From NCBI RefSeq assembly GCF_963676685.1, contig NC_092353.1, positions 27,156,001 through 27,220,000 on the forward strand: a DNA stretch of 64,000 nt, written 5' to 3'. The DNA comes from Mytilus edulis (lineage: Eukaryota). The notes below the pieces were generated by a model. The model was given only the letters and a program-made list of their open reading frames with translations, was not told the DNA's origin and ran no database searches. How positions within the stretch are numbered: position 1 is the stretch's first letter; each line of letters begins with the position of its first letter. Positions 13,101 to 28,100 of this stretch are shown piece by piece. The translations under genes were made by a program, and so were the position numbers.

Positions 13101-16100
13101 TCCGTCGAAATATTACTGGTATTATCTTATTTGTGAGAAAGGTCGATGCTGATTTGGCGATTGTCGCCTAATTGTGATGAATGCATTGTATAACATATGT
13201 TTGAGTGTTAAAACCACCAGTTTTAGCGTTGGTATAAGTAACAAATGGAAAAATTAAGCTTTACCAATAAATAATGGTAATATCACTTTGATACTTTTCA
13301 TGGTTTGTAATGGCAGAAGAAATTATTATTTTTCCCATGACAAATGTTTTTGATTTTTACCAAACAGTCAAAACGGCAATGTATTTATAATATTTAAACG
13401 TTGATTTTTGATAAATTGATAGGAAAACAGCAGTTTTTAAGAGTACATACAGTAAACTTCAAGTAATCTAGAAAGTTTTAAAGCCAATTTTCAGCTAATA
13501 AATAAATTTTGTTGACTTATGTAATTTCCCTTAACATACATAGCGTTTATTGAGAATGAGTGACATGCGAAATTACTGTTCGGTACTAAATACATTATAA
13601 TAACAAAGAGGTAGTTCGTATATTTCTTTCATATTACAATGAAATAATAACTTTCCTTATCGTTCTACAGTGGAGAACCTATACCTAGAATTGACTATAC
13701 TGAAGAAGAGATTAAAACATGGTTAGTACAAATACTATAAAAAGTTAAGTAACATTTAAGCAAAATAATATTGGAGTTAAACAGATCTTAACAAAGTGTT
13801 CACCGATATGATATATGTCGAATCATTGCTGAAACTTAAATATGTCGTATACAACTTATACACCTCAAAATCGTATTAGCATTAACTTTTAAAAATTACC
13901 GATCTTTACTAAACGGTACCATATTTCTGAAAAAATCTTCATTTCATCAATAAATGTACTCAGTGGTGCTATAGAGGTAAAAGTTTACAAACGTTGAAAG
14001 CTGAAATAAAATAAAAAATACAAAACATAACGGCAAAATCCAGACAAGGAATTGAGCTACCCATGAGGGAGATTCGTTCAATAATTTAAAATTATTTTCA
14101 AAACCTTTTAACTGCATCTTTCAATCAAACTATTATACTCGTATTTCCATTCCAATGCCGAAGTGGTTAACGGGAAACAAAATTACTTTTATAACATGAA
14201 CTAGTTATTCATGCATGGTAACATATATAAAGAAAAAGTATCAGACTACTTTGATGTGCACAGCGTGTTTATTAATTAACGCTATTCATTGCATGCTCTA
14301 TTTTTAAATAATATTTTTTACTTAACATGGTAACGGTAATATTGTAGGGGAACTGTTTTCACGGAGCTGATGAAGCTGTATCCTTCACACGCATGTCGAG
14401 AATATTTAAGAAATATCCCTCAGCTAACAGAATTTTGTGGATATAGGTATGTTATAAAAGAAAAACTTTTTTAATTAATGAGTCACAATTTTGGTGGTAA
14501 CCAAAAGGTTAATTGTAAAAATTGCCTTGTTGGCAACTTGGATTATTCAATTACTATTGACATCATACAACACTTTCACCTTTATTAAATTTAACGACAA
14601 AAAAAGATTATCCCGTCTTTCATATTGTGACCTTTCCATTTCTATGTCACATTAACATTTCAGTAGCCGCCTGCATATGGAGTATAGGTCTCCATGTTGA
14701 TACAATATTCGAGATCTTGCATTTCCTGTATTGATTTCCTTTATAGATAGTTGCTGCTTACAATGAAGCTAACTGAAGGGTTACTAGTGGTAACATTGAA
14801 GTCATTCATTCAAATGTTTTGCAGGCGCAATCATGAATTGATTGAACGTTACAATTGTCGTACCATTTCTCCAATTTTATTTTAGATATAGCATCAAGCT
14901 TGTAGCTACCATGTGAAACACGTGAACAAATCAGTGTACCTTTCTGGTGTACCTAAGATCACTTGGTTGGTTTCGTCTTGCTCAGTATTTAGTTTTTGGT
15001 GTTGTTTTTTGACACTATTTATTTGTCTTTTTATCTTTATTGTGTTTTTCTTTGATCTTTCGTTTTCTCTTTTGTCTTGTGAGTTTGATTTTCAATTTGA
15101 CATCGTCAATCTCTCTTTGTAAGTGTGGAATCGACATTACCTTTTGTGACGTCAAAGTTTACGGGAGCGTCTGTGATATCCATGTAGTAAGCGGACAGTT
15201 GGCGGAAAGTTGTAGTGTTATATGGCTATGACAATTTAAAGTTTATATATATACGTATTATGATTAATCTTATAAAACTATTTCTTACAGGAAAGATAAT
15301 GTGCCACAACTGGAGGATGTGTCGGAATTTTTAAAAGGTATGTTCATTTTTTTTCTCAATCTAACGTGTAGTTCATACCTAAAGTTCCAAGTCCAATAGG
15401 TAAATTGAAAAAAAGAAACTTTGTAAATAAATGAATAACATCAGTTACACTCTTTAGCTTATTAGAAGTTGAAATGTTCAGATTCTCGAATATTATAGTG
15501 TTAGCTTTATACTGATTAATTACTACTTTCAGAGAAAACAGGATTTCAGCTTCGCCCAGTTGCTGGGTACCTAACATCACGTGATTTCCTTGCTGGTTTG
15601 GCTTTCCGAGTGTTTCATTGTACACAGTATATAAGACATAGTTCTGATCCCTTATATACACCAGAACCGTATGTATTTTATTTGTAACTTTACGATATAC
15701 AATATGATTTTCGTGCTTCATGAGACGTGTTTTCTGTTCTTTTGACGGGTTGTTGTCTCTTTGACACATTCTCCATTTTTATTCTTAATTTTATTTCTTA
15801 AAAGTCTGCATTAGGTGTGACTAAATTCTGAAAAAACTTCAAATGTTTGAAAACTCCAAACCAAATGTGTCGTAACATAACCAAATGCAGTTTTTTTTTC
15901 ATCTTTTGGAGCTTATAGCTGACAATTTCCAAATCAGAAACACAGGCTATAACCCTTCATTTAATATCTAATGTTTTAAATTCACAAGTCATTCCATCTT
16001 TCAACATCTAATTTTCGATATAATTGCATTTGATGGTTGTTTTAATTGTATATAAAAATGTGCTATTATGGTATAATTGTAAACGAGACTTTGTTATTTA

Positions 16101-19100
16101 TTTTCGTAAACAGCGAAGTCTCAAAACGTATTGAAAAGACAGAACATGATAAGCACTACTATAATCGTGAACTAAATTTATTATCATAATTTTAATAATG
16201 ACTCAGTATACACAGGGAAAAGTGCCACGCATGTTTTACACATGTTTTACATATGTAAAACATATGTTTGGTAACGCATGGGAAACGTCTTTTTCCTACC
16301 ACGCATGTAAAACGCATGTTTTAAACATGCGTTATTCATGCGTTTTACGCATGAAAAATACATGTTATGTAAAACGCATGTTTTAAACATGCATTATTCA
16401 TGCGTTTTACGCATGAAAAATACATGTTATGTAAAACACATGTTCAAAACATGCGTTATTCGTGCGTTTTACACATGAAAAATATATGTGATGTAAAACG
16501 CATGTTTCAAAATCATGCGTTAAACATGTGTTGTAAGAAACATGTGTATAATATGCGTTTTAAATGATGCGTATAGCATGTGTGTAACAAACATGCGTAT
16601 AATGCATATTTCAAACAAATTATAAGATATTATTCCAAATCATCCATAAAACCTTTGTCAAGTTTACTAGTTCACATTCCATATGTTCCACACAACCAAG
16701 ACGACTTATGTTTACTTTTGAAGGCTGTTCCCTGGATTGCTTTAATCAGTTTAATTTGGACTCTGTTGGATAGTTGTCCAATTGGCAATCATACATCTCT
16801 TCATGTTATTTTGACCACAAATCTCCTTTTGACATGTTTGACAAGCAACATCAGAATCATATATTGCAGACCAGACTTCACTTATTATCAGTCTTTAAAA
16901 TTTTCCTGTTTGAATACACCAATGAACAAAAGAAATATCTGTAACATGATTTTCATGTTTCTAAAACCTTGATCAGGTACATTTTACACTAAGATGATTG
17001 AAAAGACCATGATATGAAATATTTCATGGAATATAAACCGACAATCTTTTGTCTCTGTAGTTTCATTGGCAGTAATACCACAACTCTTTTAAAAAGAGGT
17101 CAAAATTGTCTTAAATGGATTTTGTGGAATGTTGTACATGTATTTGACAATTTTTGTTAAAATGTTACTTACACATTTGTTGACTTATGCATGTAATATG
17201 AAAAGGAAAACCCCAAAAGTGTATAAGATGTTTCCTCTAGCATCAATTTAAATACAATTTTGAAGTTGTGTCCCTTGCCCGTTTGATAATAACCAATGTC
17301 TTGAGAAATCTGAGATTGTATTATTTTTTTAAACATGTTAAATGAAAAATTCAATAAATCCACTTTAAAGAATTTCATTCATATTTTTTTTCTCTGTTGT
17401 CAATTTGTTGCAGAACATAAATTTTTCAAAAAACTTCCAAAAATTTGATTTCACTCTACTTTTATTTTATACAGCAATCTCAAAACGTTACACAACTTTT
17501 CATGTTTTTTTGTTGTTGACATAATAACAATATCAATAGAATGTTCTATCTTCTAAATGTCACTCTTCTTGAAGTTGTCTTCATCTGGAAAAAAAAATTA
17601 CATTCATACATTTAAAAACTTAATTTGATTTATTCCCATATACTGCAAGTTGTTAGTTTTAAAAATAATGACATATCCTCAGTGACTTTTAAACATGCTT
17701 TTCTGTCTCATTTTGGTCTCTTGTGGAGAGTTGTCTAATTGGCAATAATACCACATCTACTTTTTTATGTTTGTCTCCTTTTGATATAACAACATATTTG
17801 AATAAAACTGGAAAGTATTTTATAAATATAAATATTGATTTTGTTATCAGTAAATTAAAACCAAACTAAACATTATTGTTATACACATATGACCAGTTTT
17901 ACAAACTGTTGATACCTATATTTTGGCATTGTACAAGATCATGTCCTTATCCTATGATTAATGGCAGTCTATTCTCTAAATCAATTAGATGTTTACTGAT
18001 TGATATCTAAGTCTTAGACACATGATTTTTGGTTTTACATTTGGCATGAGTTTTGCTAATTTTTAAATTCTTCTTCAATGGTCTCTGGTGGAGAGTAATG
18101 ACTCATTGGCAATCATACCACATCTACATATTTTTATATTAAACTTTAATATATGTAGCTAAAAATTGGAAGCAATTAATATTTGTAATAAAAACAATCT
18201 TGCAATACAAAATGTAACCACAACTGATCTTTTTACTTACAAAATCGAGCAGTTTTTAAAGCGTTAAAACCATAAGAATTAAGTTGAAACTTTTTATTCA
18301 TTTATTTATAGGTAACCAATGAAACTTTAACAACTGCAATGTGTTTGGAAGAGCAAGGATTAAAACATTTAATTTTTTTAAATCTCTCTCCAAATATTAC
18401 ATAAATATAAATATATATTTATACACATACCTACTTTTTTTGCCTACAGAAGTCCTTTCTATGAAAATATCCTTTGGTTTTGCTTGGCTTTCCAGAAACT
18501 CCTGTAACATAAATGAAATAAAATTATGTTTTGAATAAATTCTTTATTAGATGTCATTTTGTACTGATTATGAACATGGTAAAGGTACAAATAGTTTCAA
18601 TTCACTCTCAATGACAGTGCAGGGCCAAAATTAAAAATATGTTTGTTTCCCCTCCCCCACCCGGGTCAAAAATAAGCCCCCGGGTCTAAAAATTATTTTC
18701 CACAAAAAAATCGAAATTATTTTTTTCCTGAAAATAATTTGTTTCCATTTTTGGAAAGTGCTTGAAAGCAGAAGGATTGATAATCTAAATAAATACACTC
18801 AAATTGAGCACAAACAACTGATAAGTGGCCTGGACTGGACAAGTCAAACCATTAATGTGACCATGCTATGACAATCGCATCCAGTTAAAAAAAAAAAAAA
18901 AAAAAAAAGAACCTGCCTTCCTGGTCTGTTTACAAAGGGTAGACCCGGGGGAGGGGAAACAGACATTCTTTTAAATGTGGCCCTGAGGGTTACAGTTAAT
19001 TTCCTAATGCATGTAGAGCAAAACTTTGGTTAGCTTGCTTGCTTTGTTTGTATATTGTACAATCATATTAGGATAACACCCAATTGAATTCAAATATAAT

Positions 19101-22100
19101 ATATATACAGGTTTAACTATGTCTATATATATATATATTGTTTAAAGATGTCAATCTTATTCACAAAGCTTGTATAAACAATTATACAAACAAAGCAAGC
19201 AAGCCAACCAAAGTTTTACTTTGCAAGCATAAGGAAATCAGCTGTAATACATGCCGGATCATCATGTTCCATCCTTTTAGACATCTCTAAATAAAACACT
19301 AGATTCACTATAAATATTTGGTTAATCAAAATGTCAGATTTGTCCATTTTCATAATTTTGTTTTTTTATCTCCATGGGACACAGATGATGCCCCCTCTTG
19401 CATAGGAATACTGTTATAATAAGGGAAATAACTCTAGAACAGTAAAAGTGACCTACCCAAATTTGTACTTGATCTGCATTTAGTGGATATTATCAAGGTG
19501 TGTAAGTTTCATAATATTTGATTAAACAATTTTACCCCATGTCAGATTTGCTCTAAATGCTTTGATTTCAGATATATACATTTTTTGTAAGTCAAAATCT
19601 ATATTTTACCCCAATGTTCAATTTTCCATACAAGGGGGTTAAATTGCCATAGCTGTATTTTGACCTGATGGTCAATTTTCCATGAGGTTCAAAAAACCAT
19701 ATAGGGGCCATCTTGCAATTGTATGTGTTTCTTTTTTTGTTTGTTGTGTATTTACTAATGTTGATTCATTGTCATTGATATATACCATGTATAGTATACC
19801 CCTTATAAGTTATCAGTTGTTTCTCTATTGCAATATATCTTTTTTAATAAATTCTGCTTACTATTTGTAACAGCAGTGAATCCCAAACTCTGTCTCACCA
19901 ACAAGTCTCAGACAAAAAGCAATTCAGACAGAAAGAACTTTCAAGATGTTTTAGTTGAATGTATAGTAGAAAAGTTCAAATTTCAGTTTGGCAAAGACTG
20001 TAACAGCAAAGTTACCTTAATATATAGTAATAAAGTTTCAGCATAAATAATGTATTGAAAGCAAGTTGTCTTACAAAGTTAAGTACATATATTCAATACA
20101 GTAAGTCTGACAAAGAGCAAAAAACAACGGACAATGACGGAAGGCCACGAATTGTTTTCAACACAGCAAAAAAATCTTGCACCATACAAAAAATATACTT
20201 ACCATTGCTGAATTGTACTTGAAACATTTACTAGGCGTCTTCCCTTGCCATTTTCTTCACCATTTGTGGAATTTTTTAAACATCCATGTACATGTACCTT
20301 CCTGACATAGGGTAGGTCAAATTTGATAACTAGCCTATAGGATAAAAAGAAATCCATTTCATAAAAATTTTACAGAAACTATTTTTATATTACTTTACAA
20401 TTACAGACACAGTCAGTGTTCATGTGAAAGCCAAAATGAAGATGATAGATATAAGAAGATGTGGTATGAGTGCCAATGAGACAACTCTTCATCCAAGTCA
20501 CAATTTATAAAACATGTAAAAGTAAACCATTAAAGGTCAAAGTACAGTCTTCAACATAGAGCTTTGGCTCACAATGCACAGCAAGCTATAAAGGGCCCAA
20601 AAAATTACTACTAGAGTAAAACCATCCAATGAGAATTGAGAGAATGAGAACATCAAAACATAGAAAGACACACTATAAAATATTAATTGAAATGGCTGCA
20701 TTCGTGTTCATCCTCAATCTTTATATATGTTATGTGTTATCATCAAATACAACTTACTCTTCAATATTTTTAAGAATGGACACTAATGCGGCCACTTTCA
20801 TTTAAGACAAAAAAACGTCTAAAATTTAACTAAAATTCTAAAATTGTGAAGATTTCAGTAATTTAGCATGACTTAATGATGCTAGTACCCGATATATGTG
20901 TGTTGTATTGTTGAAAACAGCCCACATTTATGTAGCAGTAGCAATCTACTTTCCGATGAATAACTAGAAGTTTACATTTAAACAATTTTGTAAAACTGCT
21001 ATATTTTGGGGCCGAAAAAGGGGTCTTACTGGACCTAATCCTTTGCATGAGGCAATTGCAAACTAAAGTTAACACAAGGAAACAAAAATTGAATCATCAT
21101 CCAATGTAATACTGAAAGATGGACCAACAGTCCCTTAAATTTTTAATGCCTACATAAGGCAGTCTGCATAATGTCTCAGTGGCAAATATTTCAGATATCA
21201 GTATAAACAATTCATGTCAATCAAATAATAAAACTAAGAAGTGTATATTATACTGAACTCACTATATTGGTTGATGGAATATGCTATATTTTGAACAGTT
21301 GTATTAATATTTTATATACATTTTTGTATTAAAACAAACCATAGTATAATGATAACCAGATGCTCCGCAGGGCGCAGCTTTATAAGACCACAGAGGTTGA
21401 ACCCTGAACGTTTGGGCAAGTATGGACACAACATTCAAACTGGATCCAGCTCTAAATTTGGATTGTGATTGAATAGTTGACACAGCATAGGTTTCTGACA
21501 CAGAATGAATGTGGTCTAATGAACTTAAAATTTTTGTTTTGCCTTTGAGCAATTCACTATGCTGTCGAATATAAATCCTCTCAAAAAAATGTTTGAAGAA
21601 ATTTTCTTTTTATTTATGAAATCTGAAATGAGAAAAATTGACCCCCCCCCCCCCCATTTTTTTTTCACATCCCCCTTTCCCTTATTCCAAAACTGATCTC
21701 AATTCAAATTTCTAATGGAGGTTGCAACAATAACTACTCATTTAAATACATCATAAAATATTAAAATGTAAAAAAAGTGCTTGTTATCACTGAATGGTAA
21801 AGATTGTTTTAATTTATCAGTTGGTAGTTAAAGTGAATATACATTGTATATTGTATAAAACAATGATTTAAGTTGATTCAACTACTATTCTGGACAGAGA
21901 AAGATAACTCCAATTGAAAATGTCTTGCTATTGCGCAATTAGATATTTCTTGCTATTGCGCAATACTGTGCAATTGAAAATACTTGCTATTGCACAATAC
22001 TGTGCAATTGAAGATTTCTTGCTATTGCGCAATACTGTGCAATTGAAAATTTCTTGCTATTGCACAATACTGTGCATTTTAAGATTTCTTGCTATTGCTG

Positions 22101-25100
22101 AATACTGTGCAATTGAAAATTTCTTGCTATTGCACAATACTTAATTAATATAATAATTTTGGATCCTGATTTGGACCAACTTGAAAACTGGGCCCATAAT
22201 AAAAAATCTAAGTACATGTTATATTTAGAATCAGCATATCAAAGAAGCCAAAGAATTTAATTTTTGTTAAAATCAAACTTTAATAGTTTAATTTTGAACC
22301 CTTTGGACTTTAATGTAGACCAATTTAAAAACGGGACCAAAGGTTAAGAATCTACATACACAGTTAGATTCGGCATATCAAAGAACCCAAATTATTCAAC
22401 TTTTGATGAAATCAAACAAAGTTTAAATTTGGACCCTTTGGGCCCCTTATTCCTAAACTGTAGGGACAAAAACTCCCAAAATCAATCCCAACCTTCCTTT
22501 TATGGTCATAAACCTTGTGTTTAAATTTCATAGATTTCTATTTGCTTATACTAAAGTTATGGTGCGAAAACCAAGAAAAATGCTTTTTTAGGCCCCTTTT
22601 TGGCCCCTACTTCCTAAATTGTTGGAACCAAAACTCCCAAAATCAATCCCAACCTTCCTTTTGTAGTCATAAACCTTGTGTCAAAATTTCATAGATTTCT
22701 ATTTACTTAAACTAAAGTTATAGTGCGAAAACCAAGAAAATGCTTATTTGGGCCCTTTTTGGCCCCTAATTCCTAAAATTTTGGGACCAAAACTCCCAAA
22801 ATCAATCCAAACCTACCTTTTGTGGTCATAAACCTTGTGTTAAAATTTCATAGATTTCCATTCACTTTTACTAAAGTTAGAGTGCGAAAAACTAAAATAT
22901 TCAGACGACGACGACGTCAACGTGATACACCAATAATATAAGACCAAAATTTTTTTTAATTTTTGCGGTTGTTTAAAAAGTGATTCTATCAAGTGCTACA
23001 ATATTATATATTGCAGTGAGGTTAAAATCCCTGTCATTTATTCATCATCCACACAGTTACTTATCCGAGAAATTTTTTTTTCTATCATACCGGTATACAT
23101 GTATATGTTATGATATTTTTCTAAGACCGGTCACCATCCACCAGAACTTGCAGTCGTCCTATAAAAATACAACTTCCTATCGTGATGCTTCTTAAAATTT
23201 GATGGGTAATCTTTAGATCAGTTTTATGTAATGGGACAATAAATCCTTTAGCCCATATTTCAGGAAATTTTCCTGTTGTTAATACATTGTTAAATATCTT
23301 TACAAAACATTTAAGCAGATAAGATTGGCTGCGCTTGAGCATCTCATTTATTTAAGAATTGAATGCTCTTTTTTGTAAATTTATTGGGGTGTAAAAGCGT
23401 TGACCGAAGTACATTTTGTATGAAAGCGCGGAAGCGCTTCATACTAAAAATGTGCGCACGGTCAACGCTTTTACAACCCTATAAAGTTACAAAAAAAGCA
23501 TTCAATACTTATAATTACATTTTTACCTATAGGATCATGAAAACACGCCTTTTATCAAGTTTTTATTTCATTTACCTGTGCACTTTATTGTGGGGCCTCG
23601 TGTCATCATGAATGAAAAGTTGCATTGTGTAATGCAATTGATTAAGGAATATCACGAGATTGCTAGTTAGCCAATCAGAATAACGTATTATAATGAAACA
23701 TACATCTAATGTAATTATTATGGAGTCAAAGCTGCTTAATTTATTGTTTTTTAGTGGTTCACAGGGGCTTGTTTAGTAGGCCAGACGAGCTTTTACTGTC
23801 ACAAGCGATTTAATAAAAAAAATGACAAAATGTCATTGAATTTCTTGAATTCCAAATTTTTTAAAAGTTTAAAGAAGAAATTTTTAACTGCACAATATTG
23901 CGCAATAGATTTGTAAGATCTTGACATTTGCTTAGTGTCAGAAACTCATATTACATGTATGTCAAAAATTTGATCAGAATCCAAATTCAGAGCTGTATCA
24001 AGCTTGAATGTTGTGTCAATACTCATGATACTAGCCCCAACTATTCATGGTTCACCCTCAGCGGGTCGTAGAAAGCTGCTCCCTGCAGAGCACCTGGTTC
24101 TGTAATTTTATAATCCAATTCTCTGAAAATTTTAATTTGATGACATTCTTAAATAAGATGCCCATGATTTATGAATGTGTTCTTACCAGTCACCCCAGAT
24201 TGAGAAACCAGACCAGGATATTCATTTTATGCCAGGTCACTTGTTTTCACAGTCCTCTAGTCAGGTGTAATGTATTATTACTACTTAGTACAAAATGTAT
24301 TACTTATAGTTTCGTAACTCTTTCTCCCGAGACCGCCACCTGCCATGTTATTATTCTTGTCAAGACTTTGATCTTGCCAGACTTCCAAACCCTATTGGAC
24401 TCTTTGTCCCTAGCTAGGAACTATAAGTATGATGTCACTCATTGGGTTCAGGTGTTAGTTACAATAACATTAACAAGTAGACTAGCTAGCGGCAGCCCCA
24501 CTGTATATTTATGGTATTGTATATAACTTATATTCAACCATATATATATGTCTTTTAAATAAACATCTTATTGTTTACGTGCTTTGATAGTTTATCTCAG
24601 AACTTGGGAAGACAACAGGAATATTACGAAGCCAGTGTTAACTTCACTCCGGTTTCACTCGCTACCAAAAAATGCATAGTTATCAGGTTCTACTTTACTG
24701 TCTTAACTTAAGTTCGTGCATGTCTTTATAATTTACTCAAACTGGATAAATCACAGAAGATTGATTCGAGTGAAGCTCTACTGTGATATTCAAGTTTGGT
24801 ATATGTTTACCCCGTTATTGATAGGATTTCAAACTCCTGAGGCTGTGCCTGTGGATAAATAAATCAGTTTTGGAAATGGCATATAAAAATCCTTCGTGAA
24901 ATGTTAATTGAATAAAATATTAAAGTTGAATTCTTACCCATCTTGTCTTTAGTGTCCTAGATTGAAGATATCCTACATTGTCCTAGCTGCATTTCATATC
25001 TTCCATAAAATTTGCGTTTTGCTTCACGAATCATGATGTCAATATCAGTGTCGTCTGTCTGAACGCTCGTTTCCGGGTGAACCGTACGGGCTAATATTAA

Positions 25101-28100
25101 ACCAAAGGCGAAGCATTAAAAATTCCATTTAAACGGCATTAAATGATTGAAATCCATGCGTAGATTTATAAGTAATAAAAACAAGTAAACATGATTAATA
25201 ATTGTATGTAACCGATTGGACCTTAAAAAAAATATATGAATGTGGATTCCGTAATTTTTCCTCTGAGTCTCCATGCCAGTGTAATGGTATTTCCCGCGGT
25301 TATTTTTGTACAACTTATAAATAAAATACGGTATGACTATCACTTGCCACTATGTACCTAACAGAATGAACAATTTTGCAAAGACTCACTCAGTGTAAGT
25401 ATATCGATACGGTGAATCAATTAACATGAAAAAAACTCTGTCATTTCTCATGTTTCTAGATAATTTTACTGGACACAAAACACACGGGCACCTGGTAATT
25501 AATTCGTCACCTTATTAAAGTCAAATCGGCACCTTTTTTCAGGACATTTCTGCAATTGATTTTTTAACTGTCACCTGATATTAAAAACGGTTTTCATCTT
25601 TAATTTGAAAGTAATTATTGGTTCTCTTCTCTACTGAAGTGTATCCATATAAAGGATAAAAAGAAGAGAAAACACTTTTAAAAATTTTATCATTGATTTT
25701 TTTTGTTGATAATCTGCCTTTCCTGATCTTTTCAGTGGCGGATCCTTAACTTTTCCTAGGGGGGGGGGGGGGGGGGGGCGCTGACTGACCTAACGGGGGC
25801 CCGCTCCAGTCATGCTCCAATGAATTCCCTATATAATCAACCAAATTTTTCACACAAAAGGGGGAGGGCGGGCCCCCCAGCCCCACCCCCTGGATCCGCC
25901 TATGCTTTACCTGTATACTTGAAAACAATAAATACTATTGTTTGCTAGTATTGTGCATGCAGTTGTCATGAAATAAAAGTTCATTATAATAAATATAGGT
26001 TCCAGTAGGAATTAACAGATCTATTGTGGCTCCATTGATTGTTTATACAGAGAGCACACAAGCTGATCATGTAAATTTAGTTAAATGTCCAATGGTAGAT
26101 GGAGAAACAGCACTGTATATAAATAGAGCACCTAGATTCTACATGTGAAAATATGGTTCCTTTTTCAAAGGAGGTTCAAGGATCAGTTCAATTATATTAG
26201 ATAGTTTATAAAACAATTATGCATAGGCGGATCCAAGGGGGGGACGGCCCCCCCCCCCCTTTTCGTGGGAAAAATTTGGTTGATTATATAGGGAATCATT
26301 GCAGCATGACTGGACCGGGCCCCCCCTTAGGTCAGTCAGCGGGCCCCCCCTTAGGAAAAGTTCTGGATCCGCCACTGTTATGGGAGTCTTCAACAGTTCA
26401 CTTGCAAAACATAATATTAATTTTGGGTATGGACTTAACTACTGCGGGTTACCCAAATTAACAAGGGACAGATTTGACTTGTTATGCCATATTAACTATC
26501 AAAGGTGGCTTAGGTGCCCATTTGACCAGGTTTCCAAACATGGCAAAATGACTAGAATTCAGACACAGTGTTAAATAAATATAAGATATATATATACAAT
26601 TTTGTGTTGGAATGCACACTACACTGGCAGCTTTATTAACTAAGCTACATTAGATTGTAACTTGAGTTATATTCCTTGTGACTAATTATACATGTGTTAA
26701 AAATAATACAATTTTGAATAATAATATTGAAAATAAGGAGATCAATGTAGTATGATTGCCTATGAGATTACTATCTAATAATGTCCATATGAACTGGATT
26801 TAAACATCTATATAGGACACCTTAATACCTTCAACAATGAACAAAGCTCATACTGTCAGCTACAAAAAATGTATAACAGGCCATCAAGGCTTGACATGAC
26901 AAAATGTAAAATGATTTGCCAAAATAAATCAAATATGGCAGACTGCATCACACAACAACTAAATTTCATCCGGACTTGGAACAGGCATAAATAGAATGTT
27001 GGGACTGTTGTGTAAACAGCACAAAAGAGGAACAAAGTGGTGAAATCGGTTAGAAATTGTTTTGATTCATTGAATTGGTACAAAGCTTAAAAAATCTAAC
27101 ACGAAGACAAACAATCAAAACTTAATAGTACTTTCAGTTGAAAGCTCATTAAAAGCTAATTATCAGAGAAATTCGTTTTACAATTTTTGTTTAACATGTT
27201 TAATTATCTATAACTGATATATTTTTTATTAAAGTTTCCAAGCAAGTCAATACATGCAATAACAAAAAACTTTTGGGACAGTAGACGCTGTTTAAAAAAC
27301 GTGACCAAAGAAAAGAAAAGGAAATGTACTTGTAATCGACACTGGAGAAAAAATGGACTCTTCAGGTAAGAAGTTTTATTCTGCAATAACTTTTGTTTAA
27401 TAGTTAATCTGTTTTTGAATAAAAGAATGTGTAAAGTATATTTTAGTGGGACAGCATCCCAACAAACAATAAATCAGAAGAGATATCAAGTGGTAAATAT
27501 TTTGCTTACTGAATCCGACAAAGTTAATACCAAATTTGCCATGCTATGAATTATCCTTCATCTGAAGAAGGTATGAATATATGCAACAGGAATTTTACAG
27601 AAAAAATCTGTCCTTTATTATGTCTATATGCTAGCCGCAAATTTTTCACTGCATTTGCATTAGGTTAGTACTTTTTCATCTTTTTAAAATTTTGTCTTGC
27701 AAAACAACACATTGCAGGGATAAAGTAAATGCAACAAGTTTTCATTTTATCCAGTTTTTTTCATGTTTGCACATTCTCTTTCCCATACAATGTTTTGGTG
27801 AAGTTAAATAATAGTAGTTTGTACACATGTTGCCACTTGGAAATATAAATGATATGGAAAATAGCATTGTGAGCTCTCTCAAGCCTATGTGAGTTGTAGG
27901 ATTTTAGAAATTTTAGAAATTTGTTCATAAGTAGGGGGCCACTGACTGCCTAAGAGGGCGCCCGCTCCGGTCATGCTTTAGTGATTCCCTATATAATCAA
28001 TCAAATTTTTACCTGGCCCCACTCTAAATCCACCTTTGCTAAGACCAGTTAAATAATCAGCTTTGGTCAATTATGCATTGGAAAAAGGAAGGTGTTTGAC

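Larger units (their letters stand above)
17461..25080 (-). ncRNA. Putative spliced non-coding (or decayed) transcript inside the CMC-like element, minus strand
   Basis: Exon-like segments ~25080-24938, 20334-20203, 18501-18431 and 17584-~17461 with strong donors (GG|GTAAGA, TG|GTAAGT, AG|GTATGT), polypyrimidine acceptors and AATAAA at 17466-17461; longest ORF found is 31 aa. Confidence 0.4.

Noticed and set aside
16198-16972. ORFs 16198-16386 and 16580-16972 as genes
   Set aside because: They are translations of subterminal repeats and SINE-like fragments with no recognisable domain.
21910-22140. 35-bp palindromic repeats resembling a CRISPR array
   Set aside because: Units are head-to-tail with no unique spacers, there are no cas genes, and the context is eukaryotic.
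21355-24099. One element with long TIRs
   Set aside because: The left part has its own HINE-type 3' end at about 22980, so two related elements in opposite orientation explain it better.
24047-24526. 159-aa ORF as the transposase of the big element
   Set aside because: No DDE or zinc-finger motifs; it starts within a HINE end and has the composition of a chance ORF.
24266-24628. Solo LTR (TGTAAT...ATTACG, with AATAAA)
   Set aside because: The 3' end is CG rather than CA and the flanks (TCAGG/AAGCC) give no TSD; unsupported.
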